From: Chiloscyllium plagiosum
Taxonomy: Eukaryota
DNA: 64,000 nucleotides
NCBI RefSeq assembly: GCF_004010195.1
Contig: NC_057728.1
Location: forward strand, 48,038,043-48,102,042
Direction: 5' to 3'
Shown here: piece after piece, positions 52,030-64,000 of the stretch
How the letters are laid out: the number at the start of each line of letters is the position of its first letter
Position numbering within the stretch: position 1 is the first letter of the stretch
The notes under the pieces: generated by a model
Told to the model about the DNA's origin: nothing
Seen by the model: the letters and a program-made list of their open reading frames with translations, nothing else
Database searches by the model: none
Translations under genes and position numbers: made by a program

Positions 52030-52375
52030 CATCATAGAATCCCTACAATGTGGAAACAGGCCCTTCGGCCCAACAAATTCATACCAACCCTCTGAAGATT
52101 AACCGACCCAGACCCATTCCCCAACCAATTATCCTATACTTTCCCCTGACTAATGCAGCTACCCTACACATTCCTGAGCACTGTGGGCAATTTTAGCATG
52201 GCTAATTGACCTAACCTGCACATCTTTGGATTGTGGGAGGAAACCACAGCACCCGGAGGAAACCCACACAGACACAGGGAGAATGTGCAAACTCCACACA
52301 GACAGTGACCCAAGGCTGGAATTGAACCCGGGTCCCTGACACTGGGGCAGCAGTGCTAGCCACTGAGCCACCGTG
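52030..52375 (-). mobile_element. HE1-type V-SINE, full length
   Basis: tRNA head, V-domain and CR1-like tail. Confidence 0.9.
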
Positions 52376-54629
52376 TTGGCTCTATGGATGAGTTGGGGTC
52401 AGTGTTTTTCTAGTTTTTTTTAACACCTGTGAACCCCCACCCCCTTAGCTCTGAGCCTGATCTGCCTGACCCATAGGGTTATAACTCCTCTGATGTCATA
52501 TTTATCAGTGGAGATTGGACTGCCACCAAACTAAGGACAGCTGCCCTGGAATATCTTTTTGTGGTTGCACAACAGCTGCACACTGATGAGTGAAAGTGCT
52601 TGTGGTTAACACCCAGCCTTGTTTAGCTGGGTACTTTATTTGTCACATTTAATGCTGCCTGGTATTTGTGCAAACCTGGGTTTACTCATTCTGACTGGCA
52701 GCATTGCAGGCAGTGCACATACATTATGGCCCTGGCAAATAAGTCATCAGTCCCTGCCCATACGCATTTTCTTCTCTTTTGTAATATGAGTGTCACTGGC
52801 AAGGCTAGCCTTTATTGTCCTTGAACCAAGTGGCTTGCTGGACCATTTCTGAGGGCTGTCACACCTATTGGAATCTGGAGTCACGTTTCGCCCAGAATAC
52901 ATAAGAATGCTTGATTTGGTGTGAGAGGTTGGAGTGGAGGGAGGCGTGAATCACTGCTGGAGATTTGGATCTTGCTGCTGTTGTCCCACAAACAGTACTA
53001 GAAAGAGCTGTTCCCTGCATTCCAAGTCTGGCCCCACCTCTCTCCTGACTACTGGCTAACCATTGTCCCCAATTCTGTCCTGCCATCTCTCTCTCTTCCC
53101 TCTCTCTCCCGAAAATCCAGAAGCAAAAAGGATGAGGTTGACTGTGATTTTCGACAGCGACTGATAAAGCCTGATGACCACGTGCAGTTGTCAGAAGATC
53201 AAGTTCTAGCAGACTGCAAGTGTGTGGCAACCTGAGTCTCTTGTGGTGTTGACGTTCCAACAGTGTTGAGGAATCTTGTCTCCTGCTTGCAGTTCCTGCA
53301 TGCCAGTGTTAGGCTCCTGTGACCTTCACATCTCTGTCCATGTGATCATGCAGAGCTGTTCTGCGAGCATTAGGCCATTGCTGCTGCTGCAGGTGGAGTG
53401 CCTGCGGATGCTGGTGTTCCATGTCTGTTTCCCTGTGGTGTGTTCATTCCCCTCAGTTGCTGCTGTGTTGTTGCTTCGCTTCCATTGGTGGCTTCCACAA
53501 GAAGCCAGGACATTTGTAGATCCAGCACCAAATTGTAAGACCAGTATCAATATCATTCTAGTTAAGTGATTTACATAGTAAAACAGCCAGTTACCTTTCC
53601 TGATTTTCCCGAGCTTCTCTATGGGGTTGCACTTTTTGGCAATTTCATCTTCCACTTCCATGCAATGTCATGTTGCTCATCATCCATCCAGCAAAGCAGG
53701 AGTCTGTCGTCTTCCAAAACGTTCATTTGCATTTCACAGTTCAATACAAACTCCAGTCTGCTCGCTCCCCATCCTAGGGAACACCAGGCCTTTTTTTATT
53801 ATTTGGAAACCCACTGCCTAATCAGCCAATTAAGCAGCTAAACTTGTAACAATTAACAAACACTGTGCACCGGGGCACTGCAACAGTAACAAACAAGAAG
53901 AATAAACAGGGATAGGGAAAGAAGGAGGGTTAAATCAAAGCAAGTTGGGGTGCAGGAAAATGCACCTGCAGTGCCCACCTCACTCTGAAGGCTTTGAGGG
54001 TATTGGTGGGTACTATGAAAACACCAGCCCGGTTTTGTAAAGCACAGGTCCTTCAGACATTTTCTAATCAACCTGTTCAGAGATGTTATGATATCCCACT
54101 GAAGCAGGTAGGATTTGAAAGCCAGACTTTCTGACTCAGAGATAAGGACCCTATCAATGGACCATAAGAGCCCCTTTAAGTTCCATTAGCTGCAGTGGGG
54201 ATTTCAAACTCCTTTCCCCAGAGAATTTGACTGGGCCTTGGAATTACTAGCCTCGTGGTAATCTCATTGTGCCGCTCTCTCCCCAAAGCACTTGTCCTGT
54301 GTTTCTAATCAAGCTGCTCAGAAATGTTTTTACGCACTTGATCCCAAGCCACCCAGTCCAGGGATAGGAACAATACCATTGAGCCGCAAGTGGGCCCACA
54401 AGACCAATCCTGAAGTATGTGAACCAATAAGCATCAGCTGCTCTCTCTTGTTTCTGGAGCATTCACAGCATTGCTTAAGGTTCTCTTGTGATGCCTACCT
54501 CTGAACTGAGAGACTGGGTTCAAGTCCCACTTGCTCTAGAAGTGTGTAACAGCATCACTGAACAGGTTGATTAGAAAATAGGTTTTAAAAGGAATCACAA
54601 CATTGCCTACCTGTTTCAAAGGTATGAGG

Positions 54630-54950
54630 AGATAGTGATGTAGTGGTAATGTCACTTGGCTAGCAATCCAGAAACTGAGGCCAATGTTCTGGGGAGATGG
54701 GTTCAAATACCACCAGGGCAAATGGTGAACTTTGAATTCAGCACATATCTGGACTTACAAAGGTGGCCAACTGGCAGCTGTTATAAAACATGCACTTCGT
54801 TCACTAAATTTACCATTCTGGTCTGGCCTACATGTGACTCCAGACCTACAGCAATATGATTGTCTCTTAACCCTCCTCTGGGCCATTAGGGATGGGCAAT
54901 AAATGCTGATCATCCCAGTGATGCCCACATCCTGTGAATGAATAAATAAA
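54630..54950 (+). mobile_element. tRNA-derived SINE-like element with LINE-type tail
   Basis: TAGTGGTAATGTCAC...GGGTTCAAATAC box A/B-like head and tail GGGATGGGCAATAAATGCTG...(GAAT)n AAATAAA. Related pieces near 7870, 17630 and 52780. Confidence 0.6.
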
Positions 54951-55227
54951 AACATGCACAGGTTGATTACAAAAAAATCTCACAACATTATCACTTAAAC
55001 CCAGCCATTTACCCAAGTTAGAAGGCTCCCACAGTTTTTTTTTAAATTCAGCAATGTTCTGGATATTAGCAGAAATAGAGAAATGGAGGACCAATCTTAG
55101 AAGCAAGTGACTTAAGACAACTGTTTACCTTGTCCAGGACACTTTTAGTGTCTTAAGGGAGCACAGGACATGCCGAACTGTGTCAGAATTTTAGACATGT
55201 GCAGAGAAGGAAATTACATTTTTTTTT

Positions 55228-55317
55228 TTAGATTAGATTACATTACAGTGTAGAAACAGGCCCTTCGGCCCAATAAGTCCACACCGACCCGCCGAAGCGA
55301 AACCCACCCATACCCCT
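55228..55317 (-). mobile_element. HE1-type SINE 3' fragment
   Basis: (TAGAT)n...GAAACAGGCCCTTCGGCCCAA. Confidence 0.85.
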
Positions 55318-55365
55318 TTTGTAAGGTCAAATCTCTGCCTCTTCAGATAGAGTATTCTCTGACTC

Positions 55366-56146
55366 GCAGCAACTTTGAAAAACCGTGACCCATGTTTACA
55401 AGGTCAAGGGAAACCAGTGGAAACTTCTGATCATCTTCTTAAGGGAAAATCTGTAGGAGGTTTTGCTCTCTGTAACATGGGAACAAAATGCCCTTTTAAA
55501 AATCAAAGGACTTGAGACCATAGAACTTTGCACAAATCATATATGAATACTTACAGGACAGATTGCTTACAAATTTCAACAACTGTGTTTAAAATGCTTA
55601 ATTTCCCCAAAATATTTTAAATGGCTATGAATAGTCTATTCTTAAAAATGTCCTTACTTCTGCTACATTTCCTCTGGGACACACAGAAAGGGATGTGGCA
55701 GAAAGATTCTTATCAAAACATCCTAATAAGGAAAACAAAGGAGAAAGTGAATAGAGATTTGCAGATGGTTTTGTGGCTCATGCAGATTGTTGGAGTGGAT
55801 TGTTCAGGGAATACTTTGCTTTACATAGCTCTGTATATTAGTGCAGTGAAGAGCTGATTTTAAAAAAAAAGCATTATTTATCAAATGTCTTGCCCTGAGG
55901 TCAGGTTATTCCTGAAAGACCATATAGCACAGAAATTCTGCAGTGTACTGTTGGGGTATCACTCAAGATCAATACCAACTTATTTAACGTAGTGTTAGTG
56001 TTTAAGGCACCAACAGCATTGATAATGTTCCCATGTTACAGAGAGCAAAACCTCCTACAGATTTTTCCCTTAAAAAGATGATCAGAAGTTTCCACTGGTT
56101 TCCCTTGACCTTGTAAACATGGGTCACGATTTTTCAAAGTTGTTGC
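55366..56146. repeat. ~120-bp inverted repeat pair around a 540-bp spacer
   Basis: 55366-55485 is the reverse complement of 56026-56146, with 3 substitutions and 1 indel by eye. Confidence 0.92.
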
Positions 56147-56249
56147 TTGTCCTGCAATCCATGCATATCACAAAAAAGACATGACACATACCACAAAGTG
56201 ATACTAACAAATTTTGTTCACATTGGTGAAGCGGGAGCATCTTTACATT

Positions 56250-56700
56250 TGAACATAGCAACAGGACTAGGCCATTCAGGCTGTTATGTCTGTTCTGCGA
56301 TCATGTTTGGACCTTATCCCTTAATACCTTGGCTTAACAAAACTTCATCCATCTCAGATTTAAAATTAGCAACTGATCCAGCCTCCACTGCTGTTTGTGG
56401 AAAAAAGTTCCAAACCTCTTTGTGTGTCAAAGCGCTTCCTAACATCACTCCTGAGTGGTCCAGCCTAATTCCCAGACTATGCCACCTAGTTATAGAATCT
56501 TCAACCAAGGGAAATACCTTTACCTACCCAGGCTTTTCCTGTTATTATTTGGAAGACTTTGATCAATCAGATTACCCCATAACCTTCTAACTTCTGGACA
56601 AAATGCACTTAATTTGTATAACCGCTCCTCATAACGTAACTTTTGAAGTCCAGATATCATTCTTGTAAACCTACATTGTACTCCCTCCAAGACCATGCTC
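56250..56700 (-). mobile_element. Old CR1 LINE 3' fragment
   Basis: Minus ORF VWNFFPQTAVEAGSVANFKSEMD...QGIKG. Confidence 0.75.
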
Positions 56701-57382
56701 AGCTGTGGTGCCAGATCTTATAGGGTCTATTTTTCACAGTAAACTTCGAAAAGAATTCTAATGGGTTCTCATGGAACATTTGAAACAATAAAGTTTTGTT
56801 GTACCATGCAGTAGGAGAAAGTGAGGACTGCAGAAGCTGGTGATCAGAGTCGGGAGTGTGGTGCTGGGAAATCACAGCAGGGCAGGCAGCATCCGAGGAG
56901 CAGGAGAATCAACATTTTAGGAATGAACCTTTTGTCAGGAATGAGGCTTGTGGGTCAGGGCTGAGAGATAAATGGGAGGGGGGTGGGGTTGGGGGGAGGT
57001 AGCTGGGAAAGAGCTAGATGGATCAAGGTAAGGGAGAAGGTGATAAGTCAGAAGGGGCAGTGATGGACAGATATGGAGGGCAGTGCTGAGTTGGAGGCTT
57101 GGGACTGGGATAATGTGGGGGAGGGAAATGAGGAAGCTGCTCACATTCACATTGATCCCGTATGGTTGCAGCGTCCAAAGACGGAATATGAGGCGTTCCT
57201 CCTCCAGGCATCAGGTGGTAATGGCTTGGCAGTGGAGGAGTCCCAGGACCTGCATGTCCATGACGGATGGGAGGGGGAGTTGAAGTGTTCAGCCATGGGG
57301 CGGTGGGGTCGGTGGGTACAAGTGTCCCAGAGATATTCTCTGAAATGATCCACAAGAAGGAGTCCTGACTCCCTGATGTAGA

Positions 57383-58087
57383 TGCAATCGCCACCAGGAC
57401 AGAACCCCACTGGTCCTCACCTACCACCCCACCAACCTCCATATACATCGTGTCATCCAGGACAGAACCCCACTGGTCCTCACCTACCACCCACCAACCT
57501 CCATATACATCGTGTCATCCGTCATCATTTCCGCCACCTCCAAATGGACCTCACCACCAGGGATATATTTCCCTCCCCTCCCCTATCAGCGTTCCAAAAA
57601 GACCACTCTCTCCGTGACTCCCTTGTCAGGTCCACACCCCCCAACAACCCAACCTCCACTCCCGGCACCTTCCCCTGCAGCCGCAAGAAATGCAAAACTT
57701 GNNNNNNNNNNNNNNNNNNNNNNNNNNNNNNNNNNNNNNNNNNNNNNNNNNNNNNNNNNNNNNNNNNNNNNNNNNNNNNNNNNNNNNNNNNNNNNNNNNN
57801 NNNNNNNNNNNNNNNNNNNNNNCTTCCTAACCTGCAATCTTCTTCCTGACCTCTCCGCCCCCACCCCCACTCTGGCCTATCACCCTCACCTTATCACCCT
57901 CACCTTAACCTCCTTCCACCTATCGCATTTTCAACACCCCTCCCCCAAGTCCCTCCTCCCTACCTTTTATTTTAGCCTGCTTGGCACACTTTCCTCATTC
58001 CTGAAGAAGGGCTCATGCCTGAAACGTTGATTCTCCTCTCCTTGGATGCTGCCTGACCTGCTGTGCTTTTCCAGCAACACATTTTCA
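57383..58087 (+). mobile_element. Second family A PLE nested in the GIY-YIG region of the first (contains an N-gap)
   Basis: FPSPPLSAFQKDHSLRDSLV...GTFPCSRKKCKT and hammerhead-like core at 57997-58032. 13-bp TSD TCCCTGATGTAGA at 57370-57382 and 58088-58100. Confidence 0.85.
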
Positions 58088-58813
58088 TCCCTGATGTAGA
58101 GGAGACCACATTGGATGCAGCGGATGCAGTAGATGACATTGGGAGAGGTGCAGGTGAATTTCTGACAGATGTGGAAGGATCCCTTGGGGCCTTGGACTGA
58201 GGTGAGGGGAGTGGTGCGGGCGCAGGTTTTGCACTTCCTGCGGTGGCAGGGAAAGGTGCCAGGAGTGGGGTGTGGGCTGGTGGGGGCTGTGGGCCTGACG
58301 AGGGAGTCATGAATGCTGATCGGGATGGGGAGGGAAATATATGTCTTGGGGGTGGGGTCCATTTGGAGGTGGCAGAATTGGCAGAGGATGATGCATTGTA
58401 TGTGGAGGTTGATGGGGTGGAAGCTGAGGACCAGGGGGATTCTGTCCTTGTTGTGTTGGGAGGGGTGGGGTTCAAGGGTGGTGGTGCGTGAAGTGGAGGA
58501 GATGCACTGGAGGGCATCATCAGCATTACCACCGATGCCTAGAAGACAATGCCTCATATTCCGCCTTGGGACCCTGCAACCACATGAGATAAATGTGGAT
58601 TTCAACAGCTTCCTCATTTCCCCTCCCCCACATTATCCCAGTCCCAAGCCTCCAACTTGGCACTGCCCTCCGGATGCATCCATCACTGCCCCCTCTTACC
58701 TATCACCTTCTCCATCACCTTCATCCACCTATTGCTTTCCCAGCTCTCCCCAATAACACACCCCCTCCCCCCACCCCACCCAACTTATCTCTCAGCCCCG
58801 ACTCACAAACCTC

Positions 58814-58849
58814 ATTCCTGATGAAGGGCTTATGCCTGAAACGTCAATT
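58814..58849 (+). ncRNA. Minimal hammerhead motif, family A, CpG-decayed
   Basis: AUUC-CUGAUGA-A-GGGC-UUAU-GCCU-GAAAC-GUC-AAUU. Confidence 0.5.
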
Positions 58850-60556
58850 TTCCTGCACTTCGGATTCTGCCTGACCTGCTATGCTTTTCCAGCACCATAC
58901 TCTCGTCTTGTACCATGCAGTAGGCATGAAGCCCAAGTGATACAAAACTCCCACCTTCAAGTTGTCTTGCATCTGAAAACAAAACCCAAATGCATATTCA
59001 CTTTCTCAGGGCCACAGACATAGAAAAAGGCTGGTACAGATTAATCTAAATCCAGCTTTGGTACAAAAAGGAGAGATGATGTGACCAGTCTTGCATCTTG
59101 GTGACATGGCCTAGATAGAATGGTTAAGGTGCAGTCTGCAGCATAACATATCTGCAAATAACTTTGTGCTGCGCAATTTATGACTGTTCATGAATAGTTC
59201 ATGACTTCGATCATATTTCTATGGTCTTTCTTCTTTAATCCAGATCGCTTGGCAGGAATAACAGGCTACATTTTTAACTGAGACTGAGGTCCCACTACCA
59301 GAACACAATTGGGAACTAACTGCCCCCACTCCAGTGGGTGGTGAAACTAAGGGACAGCATGTTGCCAATTAACAAATTAATAATCCCCCCACCCACCACC
59401 AACATCTGGGCTGCTCTCTAATGTAGGAAAGTAGCTCACTTCCCAGTGGAGCCAGCTTAATCGGGGCTGCACTCCCAGCGACCTCAGCAGCCAGGCTGCA
59501 TAAGGTGGTCACTGCTGAGGATGGTTCACCAGTGGCTGGGTGCCCTCAAAGACGGATTCTGGGGTGGAATCCATATCATTGCAGAAAGGCCACAGCCATC
59601 GGGTGGTGAGGTTTGGGGGGACTGGGGTGAGTGGCACCATTGCTGTGGGCATTTGGCCGTTGTCCATAAGATGGAACCAGACCTCGATGAAACCCAATGG
59701 AAGGCTGCCCAAGTTGTCCTGCAAGCTTTCTCACACAGTGGAATGCCTATCTAATGTGGGGAAAATTCCTCCAGGAATGGGAAGAGAACCTTATTTAGCT
59801 ACTAAGTTGATCAATTGACAAGGTTCCTCCTTTGGCAATATGCCATGGCAGCAGGAAGACATCAAGAATCCCACCTGACCCTTTTCCCCATTATAATGCC
59901 GCCCTGAACCCAATGGGTTATAAATTTCCACAAATAATCAAGCATGTTGACTTTTTAAATTAATGTACAGCAAGAAAAATAATTCACTTGGGCAACTTGT
60001 CCGAAATTAACTTTGTCCGCCTCTTGGTGACCAATTACAAACTGACGTAGCCCAGACTCCTGTGTGGTGGAAGGGAAATATTAGTGAAATTTAAAGTAGG
60101 AAAAGCTAAATGAAAGAGAAATATAGCAAAACTGGTCTGCTCATATACCCACAAAAAATATTGAGTTGTTTTATTAAAGACAACATACGTCAGATGGTTT
60201 TACCTTAGGTTGTTATTAAACTATATCCCTCACTTGTAGGAGGAAACAGATTGATAAATTGAAAATCGTATGAATCATATGTCAGTGCAGTTTCCTGGCA
60301 GGGGATGCCAGATTGTTAAGATTAACATGAGAGGACTTGTGCCAAAATTGGGAGAGTAGTCCCACAGACGGGATGAGCAACAGCCTTTTATAGTTACACT
60401 CAGAAAATAATACTTCACAGCTAATATCACAGATTTCTCCTTCACCATCCTGGGTATGTTCTGTCACACCAGCAAGACAGGTGAAAATGGCGATATAGTG
60501 ATATATGGTGAAAAATGAGTGGCCCTTCAAGTTTCTGACGTTGACTTTGGACCCCA

Positions 60557-60719
60557 GGAGATAGTGAGGACTGCAGATGCTGAAGCATCACAGTCGATAA
60601 AGTGTGGTGCTGGAAAAAGCACAGCAGGTCAGGCAGCATCCAAGGAGCAGGAGAGTCGACGTTTCGGGCGTCCTGATGAAGGGTCATGTCTGCAGTGCTT
60701 TTTCCAGCACCACACTTTA
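60557..60719. mobile_element. Palindromic mini Penelope-like insertion, family A, internally deleted
   Basis: Minus arm with tail plus a plus arm starting TCCTGATGAAGGG. Duplication TTGACTTTGGACCCCA at 60541-60556 and 60720-60735. Confidence 0.85.
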
Positions 60720-61924
60720 TTGACTTTGGACCCCATCAAGTGTCATTTGATGTGGCAAGAAAGCCCATGCTAATTATCACCCAGAAACCTCCCTTAGCTG
60801 ATGGAGCCAGTAGTCTTCCATGTTGACCACCATGTTGACAAAACATTGAGAGTAGCAAGGACATAGAATTTGTTCTGTTTTATTATCCAAGTATTACTCA
60901 GTCGTACCACCCTTGGCCAAAGCTGTCTGAATCCTGAAGGACACATCTGTCAGTCTGGACATGCAGTACATAATAAGAAAATCAGCAATGCGGAAAACTC
61001 TGCTTTACCTAACCCACCACCTAGTCTACCTGAATCCATCCATGACAATATTGACAGGAGTGAGCAATGTCCAGTACTCTTGGAAACAAGTCCTTTCTTC
61101 ACAGTCTTTGAGTACAACGGCGCTACCACCATTACAACTGAATACATTCAGAAGAGATATAGCAACTCAAAACTGGATGTCCATGTGAAATTGTGGGCCA
61201 TTGGCAGCAGCAGAATTATGTGCCATCACAATTTGTAATATTTTTGTGTAGCATTTCTCTCACTGTGCCATTGTTATCAAGACAGAGGACCAACACTAGT
61301 TCAATGAGGGGGACATGCCAGAAGCAGTGCCTTCAGTCCTAAGGTGTCACCCTGTTGAAGCTACTACGTAGGACTGCAGTGGACATAGCAGGCAATAGGC
61401 AAAGCTGAGCAAGTGCACAGCCAATGGCAAAATGTTGGACTACTACTTTACGAGGGATGTACTTACGTTAGAGGCACTTCAGGGAAGGTTTACTAGATTG
61501 ATTCCTGAGATGAAGAAGTTGTCTCAACAGGAAAAGTTCAATAGTTTGAGTCCTTCCTTGTTGGAGTTTAGAAAAATAAGAGGTGAAGCATGTTTAGATT
61601 CGGAGGGTAATTGGCAGGATGGATGCTGAAAGGATGTTTTCCCTCATAGACAAAGGGCATAATTTCAAAATAAGGGGTGCTTGTGTATAAATGAATGATT
61701 CAGACAATCATTCAATTACCAGAAGGTTTATATCACCGATGAATCCATATTCAATCTAATAACCAATACCTAGAAGAAAAGAAGGAGATAAACTTGGTAA
61801 CATGAAAAATTATAGCAGATGCAGAAATTAAAGGATTAGGTCAGTAGCAATAACGACAAATAAATAAAGGTGACTCAGGATGGAGTCTTTACTATTTTCT
61901 GAACAACAAACAGTTCACTTACAG

Positions 61925-62113
61925 ATCGAGAGTGTGTTGCTGGAAAAGCACAGCAGGTTAGTCAGCATCCGAGGAGCAGGAGAATCGACGTTTCAGGCAT
62001 AAGCCCTTCATCAGGAATGAGGTCTGATTCTCCTGCTCCTTGGATGCTGTCTGACCTGCTGTGCTTTTCCAGCACCACACTCGTGACTCTGATCTCCAAT
62101 CTTCACTTTCTCT
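61925..62113. mobile_element. Palindromic mini Penelope-like insertion, family A
   Basis: Inverted arms, with a hammerhead motif on minus at 61983-62018. 13-bp TSD AGTTCACTTACAG at 61912-61924 and 62114-62126. Confidence 0.88.
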
Positions 62114-64000
62114 AGTTCACTTACAGGTGATTAGAAACGATTAATTGAAACAACATTTACATGTTTGAGCATTTGAATATTTTCATAAAAGTTGAGAACT
62201 TTGTTATTTCTCTGAAATTGTGTGAACCATTCCTTTATGTGCAAGTGTAATCTCAGTGAACATCAGCTGTGGGAAAACTGTCACAAACCTCATTTCTGAG
62301 AGCAAATGGAGATTTCTCCTGTTTGTTGCGTTGCGTTGCGTGCTAAAAAGTAATTTTGCAGACAAACTAATCTACAGGAACATGAGGACCGTTGTGTAAC
62401 TAGTATTTGTGAGCAGTCAGTTCCCTTAGATTTAGAGTACTAATCTTATCATGGCTAGGACAGAGGTGTATTGGCAGTACATTAGAAAGCGTGATTAAAA
62501 GGGGAAAGCTGAAATTGCTCTCATGTCAGCTGTTTTCCTTCACAGGATACTGAGTGGTTCCTGTCGCAACCAGATACTGATTGCATAAAACCTCAATCCA
62601 GAAATGCTTGTCAAAAATCATTTCCTCAGCCAATTTGGACCTGCTGAGGTTGGAATAGCTTTGTCACATCCAAGGTGGCCTTCATTGTTCAGAGAGCGGG
62701 GTTCAGTCATTCTGATTATAGCAGATATCCGCACTAGAGGCTTATGCTGTTGCCTTGCCCAGGCATTAAAAGGACAGCATCCTGAACAAACTGCACTGGC
62801 ACATATTAAACATTCCTATAGCCTGATTTATTGCTTCACTGTAATTGTGACACATAAAATTATGCAGCAAATAGTCTTAGGAGATACGTGACCAAATAAT
62901 CACTTATTGTTCTTATTGGACTGATTCACTCACAAAAAATTAATTTAGTTATTTAATTGGGTTAGATCGTATTTCTGTGCACAATTTTATAACTGAAATT
63001 TAAAGATTAGTTATCGAAGGAGCCAGGTAGATCAGAACTACAAAATCAAACTTTCTATTTCCAGAAAGGTGAACAATAGTATTTCCTTTACTCTGTTATC
63101 CTTTTATATAAAAAGAAATAGTCACAAAGCTCTGTGTTCCTTTTATACAAAGAATGTGGAGCCATGCCAGTCTGCTTTAAAACCAGTTCTGCTAAAAGGC
63201 CTGCTGATTCCAAAGACTTGGATGAGAAAATCAATTTTCAAACCTCATAAACATCACTTAAAAATCACTTCTGAAATGGTGACATAATGTCACTCAAATA
63301 ATTTGGTTGCACTTTGTAATGATATTAGCAGCATTTAAACTTGTGATTTAAAGACCTGGCTGCTGGTCTATTAGTCGTGCTTCACCTTTCACATTCTCAT
63401 CTCTACAACCCCTCCCTGTAATTCCCAGTTGTTATCATTTGCATTGCTCCTCATCAAAATGTATTCATCATCACTAATTTTGATGAATTATGTGCCTGTG
63501 ACAAATGTAAACATTCCCTTGTCATCCTTCTCTGTTTGTCTGCAGCCTTTCGTCCAGTTGACCGCATTCCAATGCTTCTCCTCTGTCATCTGCTCTTAAC
63601 TGGTTCCACTCTTAAACGTGTTCTCTTTATTTTTCTACTTCATACTAAGAGGGGCTGTATTTTTAAATTTTTTAACTTTGTTTCTTTATTTTTTTCTACT
63701 TTGTACCTAAGATTTTGCACCTCGCTACCTTGTACCTAAGATGATGCCGGGAGCGGCGACGTTGTATACTTTTCACTGCACCCGTACCTCTTTACTTGAG
63801 TACACATGACAATAAAGTGTAATGCTAATTCTAAACATTTAATTATAGTCAGGGCATCATTAGCAAAGACTGAGTGGCAGCAGTGTGTATCATGTAGAAG
63901 ATACACCACAGCAACTCACTCAGGCTCCTTTGACAGCATCTTCCCAAACTGCAACCCTCACCACCTAGGACAAGAGGAGCACATGCAGAAGAACACCAGT

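Larger units (their letters stand above)
56816..58907 (-). mobile_element. Penelope-like element, family A: linker/GIY-YIG remnant with inverted terminal arms
   Basis: RIPLVLSFHP...GTFPCHRRKCKTC...FTCTSPNVIYCIRCIQCGLLYIR/ESG...AEHFNSPSH. Inverted arm at about 58520-58907. 17-bp duplication TTGTACCATGCAGTAGG at 56799-56815 and 58908-58924. Confidence 0.9.

Noticed and set aside
57394..57519. Tandem duplication of about 63 bp
   Set aside because: Real, but it is a 5'-junction duplication of the nested PLE rather than an independent feature.
63673..63833. AATAAA-containing segment as a gene 3' end
   Set aside because: It resembles a retroelement 3' tail (TTTTCACTG...ACATGACAATAAA); no terminal exon is evident and the PTPRR catalytic exons are still missing.
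18410..64000. Next PTPRR exon (expected RGSNVSLTLDM...)
   Set aside because: No such peptide with splice sites was found by eye; it presumably lies downstream of the window.

Overview
Eukaryotic, repeat-dense vertebrate genomic DNA, almost certainly an elasmobranch (shark), inferred from HE1-type V-SINEs, CR1/HER1-type LINEs and Deu-domain SINEs. It has five assembly N-gaps. The only host gene is on the + strand: four internal coding exons of PTPRR (receptor tyrosine phosphatase R; extracellular segment, TM helix, juxtamembrane region, start of the KIM), corresponding to human exons 3-6, followed by >45 kb of intron with no recognisable next exon. The introns hold degenerate CR1 LINEs, SINEs and many Penelope-like element (PLE) fragments with GIY-YIG remnants. 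The most interesting signal is in the PLE ends. Two well-supported families, and a possible third, carry a minimal hammerhead ribozyme (CUGANGA-A-stem II-GAAA-palindromic ACGU/AGCU-cleavage site) with different but pairing stems. The insertions show a recurrent architecture bounded by 9-17 bp target-site duplications: a tail-bearing 3' end plus an inverted, tail-less copy. One is a perfect 86-bp palindrome with an identical arm inserted 5 kb away. An unexplained ~120-bp inverted duplication around 540 bp of unique sequence is also present. All calls were made by eye; no searches were run.
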